Source: Eledone cirrhosa (taxonomy: Eukaryota). From it: DNA of 64,000 nt. Below, one piece after another: positions 26,001 to 39,951 of this stretch (position 1 is the first letter of the stretch; each line of letters opens with the position of its first letter). The notes under the pieces are model-generated. The model searched no databases and was not told where the DNA came from. It saw only the letters and a list, made by a program, of their open reading frames with translations. The DNA lies in contig OZ024741.1 in NCBI GenBank assembly GCA_964016885.1, positions 99,634,001 through 99,698,000 of the forward strand. The letters run 5' to 3'. Position numbers and translations under genes: made by a program.

Positions 26001-26889
26001 TATATAAGTGTGTATATGTGTGTGTGTGTGCTAATACATATGCTAACACACAAAATCGTTTCACAAATTTATACCAATCCACAAAATTACCGCAAAAATA
26101 CCCAAATGCAATAACTATCGATCGCACAGGCCTGTTCACGGAGTAGTCAGTCCACATGATATGAAGGTATAATATATATATACGTAACTAAAACTACCAA
26201 TTGCCTTAACCTGATATTAAATATATCTGCATAATACCAACGCTATCAACGAATTCGAGGAAACACAGGCATAAACGAATCAGACACATTCTACTAAAAA
26301 AAAACATTGAAACATGAAACACGTCCTTGAAAACTATATGAGAAAACTCATACCAACCCACTTACTAACCTGGATCATTTCTTCATATGGAGGTGACTGA
26401 CATCATACTTTCTCCTACTAAGCCCCCTTTTTTTCTTAACTTCCTTTCCTAAACATCTCACACTACTCATACGTCTAACGGTTCTCCTCTTATCTGAACT
26501 TTCCAGAAGAAGATGTTCTGTCCGAAACATTTAAACGTTAGTATATATATTATATATATAATATATATATATATATATATGTAGGAGGTGAGTTTTATTG
26601 TAGTACAATAAAGTAATGCAGATATCGGATAAGAAGCACTCTACAATTTGTAGGACTGGAGTATAAATAATATATAAGATCAAAAGATAGTTAAAAGAGT
26701 TCCATGTATTTTATTATGCGCATTTCAAAAACAAATATCATCATGCAATAACATTTGTGTTTTCGTCAGATAAAATAGGGAGATATGTTATGAAGGTTAA
26801 AACACACTTGTGAATAGTGCAGTTTTAAATCAACATATGAAAAGTAGTTTTAGATTGATGTATGATATTGGGAAAAACATTTTTTTTTA

Positions 26890-28307
26890 ATGGGAGCCTC
26901 CGATTCATCCCAATTGACAGATTTAATTGGTATCTTTATTTTGAACTCTTTGAGTCGGAAAATTCCTCAACTTCGCGGTGGAATTTATCGTGACGATGGA
27001 CTCTTTACTATCTTAAATTGCAACATAGTTAACCTTAATATTATTAAGAACAATATACGTAATCACTTTAACCAACATAACTTAAAAATTGAATTTGATA
27101 ACAGCATCAAACTAGCTAATTTCTTGGATGTATCTCTTAATCTTGACACTGGCCTATATTACCCTTACCATAAAAACAATGAGAACCTAAATTATGTTAA
27201 TTTTAAATCTAACCACCCCACTAATATTAAGAATGCTATAGTTAGTAATATTGGAAAAAGAATATCTAACCTATCTTCTAATAAAAACATCTTTGATGCT
27301 AACGCCAATTACTATAATAATGCGCTTTCTAAAGCCGGTTATCCTGATAAAATCAAATATAGTAAAGAAATAAATTCTAGAAGATCTTACAGTAGAATAA
27401 TTAATCATGATCATTCCAATAACTTTAATAAAAGACCTAGATACAAAAACATAATCTGGTATAATGCTCCTTCCTCCATTAATATTCCTAAATTATTCTT
27501 TAGTGCCTTAAATAAATACTTTCCTCCCTCACATATCTATAGTAAAATATTTAACAAACACACTATAAAATTTTCCTATTCGACCTCCTCCAACATCTCC
27601 AACATTATCTCTAAACACAACAATAAAATACTAAATACTAAATCTCTTCCTTCCAACATTGAATATCATAATAATAGTAATAGTACTCCCGACGTCATTG
27701 TAAACTCTAGGCTAATTTCCTCAAACCCAAATACAACGTCAAACGCAACTTCGCTAAATGTTCTTAGTCCCATTCTAAATCAAGAAACTAGTATTCCTAT
27801 CGTAAATAACTTCTCCAATCCAATTCCTTCTATAGATAACACTAGGTCACTTGTTAATAACTCTGCTAATCTCTCTAATTGCAATTGCAATTGCCCTGTT
27901 AAAAATAAATGTCCTCTCAACAAGCATTGTCTTGAAAAAAACTTAATCTATGAATGTAAAGTTATAACTGACACCAATTCATTAACCTATTTTGGCTTCA
28001 CTTCCACCTCCTTTAAAGCTCGTCTTTATAATCATAATTCGTATTTTAAATACCAACTTAAAAGAACCAACACGGCACTCTCAGAACTCATATGGTCCTT
28101 GAAAGACAAAAATATTAACTATAACATCTCTTGGAAAAAGGTTTCTTCTGCTTCTTGAACAGTTCTCTATCCAAGACATGCAATCTCTGTTTAAGTGAAA
28201 AATTTACCATTATATCTAATTTAGATTCTATAATAAATAGACGCACTGACTTGTTTTCTCTCTGCTTGCATAAATTCCACAGAACATTCCATAAAGTATA
28301 CAGCTAA
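26890..28307 (+). pseudogene. PLE reverse transcriptase (3' half) plus C-terminal GIY-YIG endonuclease
   Basis: MG..., IYRDDGL, NFLDVSL, SNHP, linker CNCPVKNKC (CxCx5C), NLIYEC...YFGFT..FKARLYNH. It continues after a break at about 28158 as KTCNLCLSEK...CLH. Confidence 0.92.
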
Positions 28308-29251
28308 TATCTAATACTTTATCAATTTAAAATCCTTTTCTCAAAGGCACATATATATATATAAATATATATTTCTTTAAAAATATACCCATCTTTCTAC
28401 CTTATTTCAAAGTTATTTATTATACATTATATAATACTAGTTATTCATTCTATATCACTCCTATTTATCACTTACCTTTCTTTCTTTTTTCCTTTTCTTT
28501 TTCTTTTTCTTTTAATTTCTAACCCCTAATCTGTACCTTTTCCTTGATACTTCTCAATTATCATTGTGCCTAACGTAGAAACAATTATTATACAGCACAA
28601 TATATTCTTACTTTATATCACCTCGAAAAAACCCTTCGTAAACATAAACATTTTTTTGACGTTAGATTATTCATCCTCAATTCATTATTTTTTTCTCCCC
28701 TTCATGCTCATCTAACTTATTCATCCAATCTACTACTTCTTTCACAATATATCCTTACTTACATTACTATTGCTATATTTTTATATTTTTTAAATAATAC
28801 ACATCAACAATTTCTTTCCATCGCACATATTATTAAACCATTAAATATTATTCTTAATACATATTAACAATTTCTTTTCATCGCACATATTATTAAACCC
28901 TTCAATATACAAACCTTAACTTAACATTATTTTTTTCTCTTCGTTAATTTTCAAATTCTTTTAATTTATATATTATCTTTCAACGGTTTTTCAACCTCTC
29001 TATGTAAAACAATATATTTTTTCTCAGTTATAAAAGCTATCTCTTTCTCTCTATCACCCATCTCTCCTCCTATCTCATCCTTCCTCATTATACTCCCCCC
29101 TCCACTTTTTACTCTTATCTCCTCCTCTTTTTCACCCCCCCCCTAAAAAATATTTTCCCAATATCACACATCAATCTAAAACTACTTTTCATATGTTGAT
29201 TTAAAACTGCACTATTCACAAGTGTGTTTTAACCTTCATATCATGTCTCCC

Positions 29252-29322
29252 TATTTTATCTGACGAAAACGCAAATGTTATTGCATGATGATATTTGTTT
29301 TTGAAATGCGCATAATAAAATA
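29252..29322 (+). ncRNA. Type I hammerhead ribozyme with canonical core; mirror copy at 26707-26777 on the minus strand
   Basis: TATTTTAT-CTGACGA-[stem II about 11 bp with G.U pairs]-GAAA-TGCGCA-TA-ATAAAATA gives an 8-bp stem I and a palindromic stem III. Confidence 0.85.
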
Positions 29323-29351
29323 CATGGAACTCTTTTAACCATCTTTTGATG

Positions 29352-29410
<59 letters not shown>

Positions 29411-29413
<3 letters not shown>

Positions 29414-29455
29414 GAGGTGTGTCAGAAAAGTTCCAGGAGTGATGTCACAAAAGAT
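29411..29455. mobile_element. Isolated mariner-like TIR relic
   Basis: TACGAGGTGTGTCAGAAAAGT follows TA repeats and resembles mariner termini and the end at about 14460. Confidence 0.45.
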
Positions 29456-29464
29456 TTATATATA

Positions 29465-30192
29465 TATATATGGGGAATAGGATTGGCTGTGTAGTTGCTA
29501 GTTAAGGTAGGCTTAAATTGGAATGAGAATATGAAGAAAGCAAGAACGTGGGGAGGAGTATTCCTCATCAGTTGTCTACTGGGGTTTTTCGGATATTTCA
29601 ACGCTTTAAAAACAAGATATCTACCCTCAGAGCGTTCAATAACTGGGTAAGTTATTGGGAAAACGAAGGAGGGGGGGGGATTAAAATAGAAGGGAAAAGG
29701 GGAGAAACGAGAAAACAGCGAAAAAACAACAACAACAAACCGAGCAATGTGCGAACAACTTAAGGTAAGAAAATCCAAGACCACAGTGATAACTGAACTT
29801 AAGTTCGAGAGCATGTGGGCGAGGTAAAAGACACGACTGACCCCAGCGCGTTTAAGTGAGAAAAGGACTGCTAGTGGGTCAGGCGAGGGAATCAATGAGG
29901 TGGCTGAAAGAGAGAGGGTGAGTGAAAGTGAGAGGGAGAAAGGGAGAGGAAGAAAGTGGGGTAAGAGTAGATATTAACGAAATAGGAGAAAGAGGACGAG
30001 TCACGGCGAAACATGATAAAATATATGGAGAATAGGATTGGCTATGTAGTTGTTACTTAAGGTAGGCTTAAATTGGAATGAGAATAAGAAAGCAAGAACG
30101 GACGGGGCGATTTTTCCTCATCAGTTGTCTACTGGGAGTCTCGGATAGTTCAACGCTTTAAAGACAATATATCGACCCCCAGAGCGTTCAAT
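29465..30192 (-). repeat. Direct repeats of about 175 bp (29465-29640 and 30020-30192) flanked by (TA)n; possible partial-tandem PLE terminus
   Basis: ggaataggattggct...cctcatcagttgtctactggg...cagagcgttcaat occurs twice. Both copies have CTGATGA on the minus strand. Confidence 0.7.
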
Positions 30193-30519
30193 ATATATAT
30201 ATATATACTCAAATTAATTACTATAATGTTTTGTGCACTAAACACCTATTATTAGATGATAGTTTTCTACTATTATGAATCTCCACATCTAAACTAGGTT
30301 GCTTGCATATATATATATTTTACAATGAGGCTAATTATGTCCATAGTATCTTCTATATTTTCTAATGTCACTGCCTTGTGAAGAGTATCTATGTCCCTCG
30401 TGTAGCGTAGACTAGCGATGCTTGAAACTGATATTGAGAAATGGAAAAGAGAGAAAGAGAAACAGAAAAATAGGAAACAACATACCTAGTGGCATTTATT
30501 CCATGACGCTAATAACGAT

Positions 30520-30925
30520 TCCTAATTTATGTATAATGACAGCACTTTGACGGGACAGGAATGCGAAGTCGATTATATCGACCCAAATGCTTGATTGATA
30601 TCTGTCTTATCGACCCTGGAAGAAATACAGCGAAAGATGACCTCAGCGAGCGGGATTGAAACTTGAACGTAATGGGCCCTCGGTTTAACGATTGTGTCAA
30701 TGCACTACACTCGTTCTAGCTAATAATGATTTCTAAATTACGCACATAGCCAGCAATTTTAGGGAGAGGAAAGCCGATTAAATCGATCAGTGTGTTACTG
30801 CGACTTTATTTTATCGACCTCGTAAAGATGGAAGGCAAAGCTAACCTCGGATGGATTTGAACTCTGAACGTAAACTGCCATAACTATATACCAAAACATA
30901 TTGTCCAACGCTCTACCGATACTGA
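30520..30925 (-). mobile_element. Two adjacent decayed SINE copies
   Basis: ttatcgacc...aaag..gacctc.g...gatt.gaac motifs at about 30570-30670 and 30800-30870. Confidence 0.6.
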
Positions 30926-31189
30926 AAGAAAATTATATTGCATTCATTTGTTATCGCTAGCAAATGCCGCTAGGTTTTAGTTTTCTTTTACCCACCAAAA
31001 GGAAAATTACAATCCATTAATCATTTTTTGCTTACGTTCATCTACACATCCATACTTAATTGATTCATTTAATTTCAAGCCATTGACTTATTTGAATTGT
31101 TTCCTAAACATTAATTCACTTTCTATCATTATTTTTCTTATGGTCGTTTAGATGTCGGCGTGAACAGCAATTAAATAGGGGGCGTTTGA

Positions 31190-31740
<551 letters not shown>

Positions 31741-33672
31741 ACTTATGAAAGAAAGAAAGTGACAGGAACAATACGAGGATAAATAAAACTAAGAGCAGGA
31801 ATAAAGGCATGAACAGAAAGGGAACCCAACATCGATATTTAACTGTAAACCTACAACGACAAGAAGAAGCATAAAAAAGTGTAACGGTAATAGTGAGTTT
31901 AAAATCAATGAAACAAACAACACAAAAACAATTAAAATATTTGAAACAACAATAAAAACACACACACATACAATCACTCACACACACACATACACTCACT
32001 CACCACACACACACACACACACACATACACACACACACAAATAATGACAATTCAATGTATTGTTCGAAGCTAAAAGACCGAATGAATTACAATTAAGCAA
32101 AGAAATGTTATACAATTCCCCGACTATATGTGTATGTCCTTTTATGAAAGTCTCATTTAACTAACACAATCATTAAACAATCATTTTCAATGACAATCGT
32201 GGCTATGGGCTTGCTAGAGAATTGTAATTACCAACTAACAATTAATTTCATGGATAATTGTTACATTTGTAGTTGTTGTTGCACATTTTATTGTTCAGAT
32301 TTTGTTCTATCTATTGTTCTTATGCTACATGCTGATTTCTATTTTTAATAATATTTTTTGTTTGCAATTGGTTTTGTTGTAGTTGTTTATGTTCTTGTAT
32401 TTATATTCTTGGTGATGTTTTTGTTGTTGATACTGCATTTAGATTATTTGAAGGTATGCGAGTTTACTGGAGCCATTAAATTGCAAAACTCTATAATACT
32501 CAAGTTTTATTATGACATTCGTTTCGTAATCAAATGATTTCTGTTTCTATTCAACTCCGTGCCGCATTGAGGAAGCACCTTTTACAATATTGGTAAAGAT
32601 CTCTTAAATTTGTAACATGTTCCTATCGACGTAGAAGTCTTTTAATCTCTTATTCATGATCCTCTTTTGGTAGACTAGTGACACTCTTATGCCCATGCCG
32701 TAGAAGATATACACATTCTGATGGATTATATCATTACATCTTATAAAAGATTTGGACTCAGCATTATCCGTTGTAATATTTTGTCCTATTCCATGTATTA
32801 CAAAATTAAAATCATCCAATTTATTTGGAGGACCTTAGGTGAAATTTGTAAACATATCTTCCTTGGAAGCGCACTGAGTCGTTCCTGCTTCTTAGATGGC
32901 AAAATATATTTAAAAAGCAGATCTGATTTTACTATGGGACCACGAGGTTCACAAAATGATGCTGTGTATCGTTTATATATTTTCTCCTTTTTAGTCAATT
33001 GAGATATAGCTCCTCGCCAAGCATCATATGTCGTTTCTCAGCTTGTCTTAGAAGTCCGACCACGGAGATTTTAAAGTTTTGAGTATTGAAGCAATGAAAC
33101 ACAAGCCCAATTTAATTTTATTCTGGTATGTTGTTCGGAGGAACGATCAATGGATCCCGAAGCATGTTTTATGGTGCGCTTGTATGTACGAAGTGGTCTT
33201 AAAAAACGCTACAACTGAGGTTTAGCGACTATATAAGACCTCATTGGAAGCATTTGAAATATGTAGGATTATTTGTGAAAGAAATATAGTTAATCGGCAA
33301 CGCTTCTACTTTCTACCAAAGAGTGATATTTGTTAGACGGCAACCCAAATCAAATTCTATTCGTGTCGACAGAGTCTTTTACACTTTTATAGAACATAGA
33401 TAATTTACATAGAATGTATTGATAGCCGAAACATTGAATAAAAAGTGAAACCCTAGCATGGGTATAATCTCGTAATTAAAAGTAGAATATGTAAGACAAG
33501 TCGTTCTACTTTATGCGTTCATTTATCACCGCGTAATCGATTTTACATTTCTCATTTTTGGGGATTTATATATTAAGTATCACTGAAGACTATGATATCA
33601 ATTGAATCACGTCCCAATAGAATCGTTCCTACGCTCTATGCAAACGTTATTCGTTGTAGTGTCTGTGAAGCT

Positions 33673-35280
33673 ATGATGCTACGTTGGGCGGGCCGGTATG
33701 GACGGTCTGCCAAGACCTTCAATCGGTGATTCCTGCCCTGGCGGGAATCGGCCTCCATGTCAACTCGGCCAAGTCGGAGGTGGTGAACGTCAGCCTCGAT
33801 GCTGCGAGCTTTGCAACCTCCTTCTTGGACGTGCGGTCCATACTCCGCTAGGTTCAGGTGACCCCCAAAGAGGATGTGCTCATCCTCGCGTCACCGATCT
33901 ACCCGCCGGCCATCCGCTGCACCATCGGGTCCAGGCTTCAACAGCTCCAGACTCTAACGAGCCGACTGGGCTTGATTGACGGCCACCCAGCTCTCTTTCT
34001 GCTGAGGAACTGCTTCGCCATGCCGAAGCTCCTCTATACACTCCGGGGCGCTCCATGCTACACCCAGACATCTCTCCTCGCTGACCTCGATACTTTTACC
34101 CGAGGAGCAGCCGAGGGGATATGCAACGTCAAGTTTGATGGCATAGGGTCGCAACCGGCCACTTTACCGGTCAGGTATGGTGGTCTTGGCCTCCGGTCCC
34201 CTATCTCACTAGCTTTGCCGGCGTATCTTTCGTCAGTAACCTTGTGCTGCGTCCTCGTCAGCAGGGTTCTTCAAAACACAACAGAACCCTCTGTGTTAAG
34301 AGAACGTGAGGCCGCCTATGAGACGTGGGACCGGCTGGGACTTAGCCCAGTAGACGTCCCTCCTCCTTCTCCCCATGTTGACATCAAGTCCCCCCCAACG
34401 CACTTGGGATGCCATCCTGTGCAGCCTGGCCTCAGACAGCCTCACCGCCAGCTCGACCAGCACCGCCTTGCTTGTGTTCGTGCGGCCTCCAAACCCCACA
34501 GTGCTGCTTGGCTCCATGCCCTGCCTTCCTTCTCCATTGGCACGCAGCTAGACAACCATAGCCTGCGAATCGGCGTTTCCCTGAGGCTCGGCCTCCGGAT
34601 CTGCCAGCCACACCAATGTCGCTGCGGTTCCACCGTAGACTCTTTCGGCCTCCACCCGCTTTCCTGGCGCCACAGTGCCGGCCGCATTCCACGCCATGCT
34701 TCCCTCAACGAAGTCATTAAGCATGGGTTGGACGCTGCAGGCTTCCCTTCGCAGCTCGAGCCGGTGGGGCTGGATCGAGGGGACGGCAAAAGGCCAGATG
34801 GCATGACCATCTTCCCGTTCCGCGGTGGCAAACCCCCTCGTCTGGGATGCCACTTGCACCGACACTTTCTGCAGCCGCAACATGGTGCAGTCTGCGACTG
34901 ACCCAGGTTCTGCTGCACGTCGGGCTGAGGGGGCCAAACTCCTCAAATACCGGTCGCTCTCCGACAGGTTTGCGGTCGTTCCCCTGGCAGTCGAAACTTC
35001 TGGTGTCCTCAGCCCCAGGGCTACCTCCTTACTCACCACCATAGGCGCTGAGCTGGCCAGCCGCAGGTGTGAGCCCCGCGAGTTGGAGTGGCTTTTCCAG
35101 CCCGTCTCCCTTGCCGTCCTCCGGAGAAACGCCTTCTCCATTCTGTCCGCCGGGGCTGTGGGTGGGCCCCATCGCGTACCAATACATTAGTTAAATACCA
35201 TTCTTTCATCTGATACAACAGAATAAAGACTAGTTTTTAAAAATAACAAATAATAAAAAAAAATAAACTAAAAAAAAATT
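33673..35280 (+). mobile_element. 5'-truncated non-LTR retrotransposon with REL endonuclease (CRE-like)
   Basis: Starts at DATLGGP, just after the RT catalytic motif. Then GLHVNSAKSE, LPVRYGGLGL, zinc knuckle CRCG...H, RH, GKRPDG, WDATC, KY and AVETSG. AATAAA at about 35222 precedes an A-rich tail. Frameshifts are present. Confidence 0.9.
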
Positions 35281-36447
35281 AAATTGATAGTTTCATTATT
35301 TCTCTAGATAACTGAACAACAAAAAATGATAATAATTGAGCCATTTATTTATGTCCCTTTTATCTTATTTTACACGTCCTGTATACTATTGTCCATTTTC
35401 GACTCACATTTTCCCTCACCACCGTTATGTAGCATGCTTGAATGTTGCCACTTGTTTTAACCTTCCAGCAACAGAAATTGTCGTCACCTGCTATATTCTT
35501 TCAAAGCCAATCGCAGTAAACACTTGAGTGAGCGATGGTCCGTACAAAAGCATTGAATTGACAGCAATGCCTGGGGTAACACGTTTATACAGAAAAAATA
35601 TCCCCACTTACAGACATTCCAAATGTAATTGTTTGTATATAGTTTTCACGGAAAGCAGTCTTCCATAAGTATTCAACATCACTTATCGAAAAGCTCTCCA
35701 TATCAGTGTCAACTCTAAATAGCGATTAACGTAAGAAACATTACAAAGTAGCTTAATCTGCTGATTCTATCAAATATCCCCGAACACCTAATAATAGACG
35801 TAACAGATACAACAGTTCAGGAAAGTGTTTCCACTAGGCTATTTCTTCTCTTTGACCGTCGGCCACATTTAATTCAGGAAGTCAATGAAATGATGGAATG
35901 AAAATTACGTAAGAAAGCAGCTGGTTAGAGATTTATAATAGACTTATCCACTGCATTATATATGGTTTATTTTCTACCCATACGTATAGTAATGTAATCG
36001 AGTTGGTTTTTAAAAGCAATTTACTGAAGATATGTTACACAATCGAGCATCTTGAATGAGTAGCAGGAAGGCCCTAACGTAGAAAGCGATGTGATTTACT
36101 AGTGGTTCTATGTTGTTATTTTCGTTTCTGTATTTCATATTAATTTTCTTATTCATTTGGTATCTATAACTTTTTCTCCGTTTATCTTACGGGATTTATT
36201 CGAAATACAATCATTAATTAGAAATGCATTCATTAAATCGCCTTATTTATTGACTCACATTTAGAAATATATCTCTAAATAAAATTATACATGCTTAAAG
36301 GAATTCCTTCCTAAAAAAAGTATTTTTCAGCCTTTATATGTTTATTAATTAAAACATGATACTGTTTCATTTGTTCTATGAAGAAAATAAACAAAAGTTG
36401 AAGATAAAATATACACGTACGTGTCGAGACATTCTACTTCATATTAT

Positions 36448-36752
36448 CGAGGATAACTTTGCTTTTCATCCTTACGGGGTCGATAAAATAAAGTACCAGT
36501 AATGCACTGGAATAATTGCTGGCCTTGTTCCAAAAGCAAAAACAATTATTGATGATAATAGAGCTTTGGATTGGCAGAATCGATAGAGGGTCGGACGCCG
36601 TGCTTTGCAGCATAGTTACGTCCCTTTACGGTCTGAGTTCAAATCCCGCCGACGTTAACTTTGCCTTTCATCCTTACATGGTCGATAAAATAAAGTACCA
36701 ATAATAGACTAGAGTAATTGCTGGCCTTTTGCCAAAAGTCGAAACAATTATT
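36448..36752 (+). mobile_element. Tandem SINE copies (truncated 36448-36550, near full length 36566-36752)
   Basis: Same body and 3' end as 18807 and 51149. Confidence 0.85.
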
Positions 36753-38339
36753 GATAATTCCATAATAAGGACAGCGGCTTACTTGCTCAAGCGGACCTGT
36801 AATTCGTACACTCTTTCCTGACATCCATTTAGTTTGGACGTTTTGAGTTCTATTCCCAACGAAACCTTTGCAATTTATCTTTCTGGTATCGACACAATTA
36901 ATTACGCGTGAAGTCAGTATTGACTCAATTTACACTATTATAAAAATCATTTGACCAATATTTCTATAAAAGTTCCATTTTTTTTCTTTTTTGCAAATTG
37001 TTATCTTTATCAAGTCTATTCAAAGCATTCTTTCAAAATCAGATTTACAAAGTATATTAATGTCTATATCAGAGTTGTACAAGACCAATCTCATCTGTAT
37101 TAAGTGGTGCTATATTCATTGGTAGCTTTCACATAATCTTCAAATTCATGATTTTTATTCATAACATGTATTATGATTTCATCTAGAATGTCATCATACG
37201 AGTGCTGTTCAGTTAAAGGTTATTTTTCTTTCATCGATTTTAACTTTTCCCCAAAGTATTGAACAATTACTATTTAACGTAATTGCGGTTAGAGTTTTTG
37301 TATTCTAGGCAGTCACTGTTTGTATCAATCACTTCTCTATTTGATTTGGAATCTATATTTCTTTGAACCTGAAATGTATTTCAGCTAGCGTTAGATAACA
37401 TGCTCAATTAACATTATACAAATGTGTTATGGTCTCTTTCATATAGACGGCATTGTTAAGACAGACCGGGGGTTTAAACATGGAAAGAACATTGTGCGAG
37501 GTTAATATTGATATATTCTTCAGATCAAATATAGCTTTGGACATTTTCTAGCACCACTGACTGTTTGGGCGTTGTTCTACCATAAACTCAAACTCTATAT
37601 GAAGAGGAGTATTTTAGTTTTGAAAGCGGTTCATTCGTAATGAAACATATTTTGTGACCTTTTTAATACATTCATACATTATTTACATCTTAAAACATGT
37701 TAGAAGGATAGAAATACAATATTGGTGAATCAAACATATCTGATAATATTTAGTTGTTTGGTACGTTTATGTTTTGCGTGTCAATATCACTGCTTCTCAG
37801 ATAAAATGATTTCCATTCATCGAGTATCATATTTGAAATGTTCATAGAAGATACCAGTAGCTTGATAAGACATTAAGACATCTCAATTATCAATGTTGCC
37901 CTCTTTTAAATACTTGATTCAACATATTTCTGATATGATTTACTTCTTCTCGATACAGGGGTGGACGTTATGCCTATTTTAGTGTGGTTGGGACTTGTGA
38001 CTAACCCTATACTTTTGGCATAGTCAAGATGGTCAAGATTCTTATCTTTCATCCTGGTAGTCCAACAAAGGACGCACGCATTACTTGCTGCTTAGGAAGT
38101 TCCTCTCATCATCATGTGCACATGATCGGCAAGGTTTCATCCATGATTTCTGAAAAAAATGGGCTAATCGGATTGACTGCACATACATATAAATACAATT
38201 ACCATTTTTTCAAAAATTTGACATTAAGTCTTAATAAATTTAAAGTTTTTATTTTGGAAACATCATATTTTATTATATCAACTCTCCGGTCATTGATATC
38301 TATTCACGGCTCTCATAAATTTTGCCTGAAAATACATAC

Positions 38340-38388
<49 letters not shown>

Positions 38389-38407
38389 ACACACACATAT
38401 ATATATA

Positions 38408-38600
38408 TAGGAAAAAGTATGACCTCGACGGCAGAGCTCAAGCCGTTTCGACGGCTATTTCTGGACTCAGAAATAGCCGTCGAAACGGCTTGAGCTCTGC
38501 CGTCGGGGTCATACTTTTTCCTATTACCCACTCTACTACCCTAAGTATTGAGTACTCTGGTGCGGTATGGTCCATCTGGTTCCTTACCACAATTCCTTTG

Positions 38601-38603
<3 letters not shown>
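38408..38603 (+). mobile_element. Hairpin-headed short element within (TA)n carrying the 3' half of a hammerhead
   Basis: 116-bp near-perfect palindrome (38408-38523) plus an 80-bp tail. It contains GAAA-CGGC ttgagctct GCCG-TC. Confidence 0.85.
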
Positions 38604-38682
<79 letters not shown>

Positions 38683-38683
38683 G

Positions 38684-38745
<62 letters not shown>

Positions 38746-38830
38746 TGCTATGACTTAGCAACTCATCCCTATGTTATGGGTATTTGAATGTTGATTGACA
38801 CACACACATACACACACACATGTATACATA

Positions 38831-38888
<58 letters not shown>

Positions 38889-39319
38889 TATATAAGGAGT
38901 GTGCACAAGTTTCTGTTTTTCTTTAGCAATCCCTATACAAGAGGTGGCAACTTAAATATATGAGTGCAATTGTGGTAAACGTAATGTGCCTTTTTTTTTA
39001 TTCAATAAGGGAATCTAAATTATTAAACAGAATGGAAAGCTTTCTATATAATACATTTACTTGTATTTTACCTTAATATCCAACAGCATTCAGAGTTAAT
39101 TGTTCATCTGAATTTGCACGTTGGCACATCACACAAACTCCTTAATTTCTGTGCAGGGTTTTCCGCGCTCTCTTATAATCATTTGTAACGTATTATACGC
39201 TTAACTGAATTTATAATCCTCATGTATATATTCATTTTATCCACGTTGTTGGTGTTATTGTTATTATTATGTCTTTATATTGTCCCCTACATGTCGGGCC
39301 TTGTGGCTAATAAATGAAA

Positions 39320-39355
<36 letters not shown>

Positions 39356-39799
39356 GTGTATAATTTGTACTGCGTGTTGCCATTTATCTAATTTTACTTC
39401 AATATTTAAAAAACAATAAACCATGTATTGCATTTTATCTGGGACAATGCCAACGATGATAGTATTGGGAATCAACTTATCAGTTTTGATAAATCGAATA
39501 TATATCTATAAAAATGTCAGCCTCATTTAGGTCTAGTAAAGAAAACCTTTTCAGCGCATACATCCTTATAGATACACACATAATATAATACACAAGCTAA
39601 AACCATATAAATATATTTATTAAATATATATATTTATGCATGAATAATGCATAATATACTCTCCCCCTCTTACACTGTTTCTTACTCTTTTTCCCTCTGT
39701 CTATATGCATGTCTAACCTCTCACCTCCTCTCTATCTATCTCTATATACAATGAACATATAAGTTCTTTACATTATACACATATGCACACACTCGTTCC

Positions 39800-39951
<152 letters not shown>

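Larger units (their letters stand above)
26671..29358 (+). mobile_element. 5'-truncated PLE (Hydra-clade-like) with inverted pseudo-LTR; arms about 26671-26889 and 29144-29358
   Basis: An RT plus GIY-YIG ORF is flanked by reverse-complementary arms of about 215 bp that contain a hammerhead. The 3' end abuts (TA)n. Confidence 0.93.

Noticed and set aside
26497-26541. CAGAAGA...GAAACATTTA just before (TA)n
   Set aside because: The position is suggestive, but stems I and III do not pair adequately.
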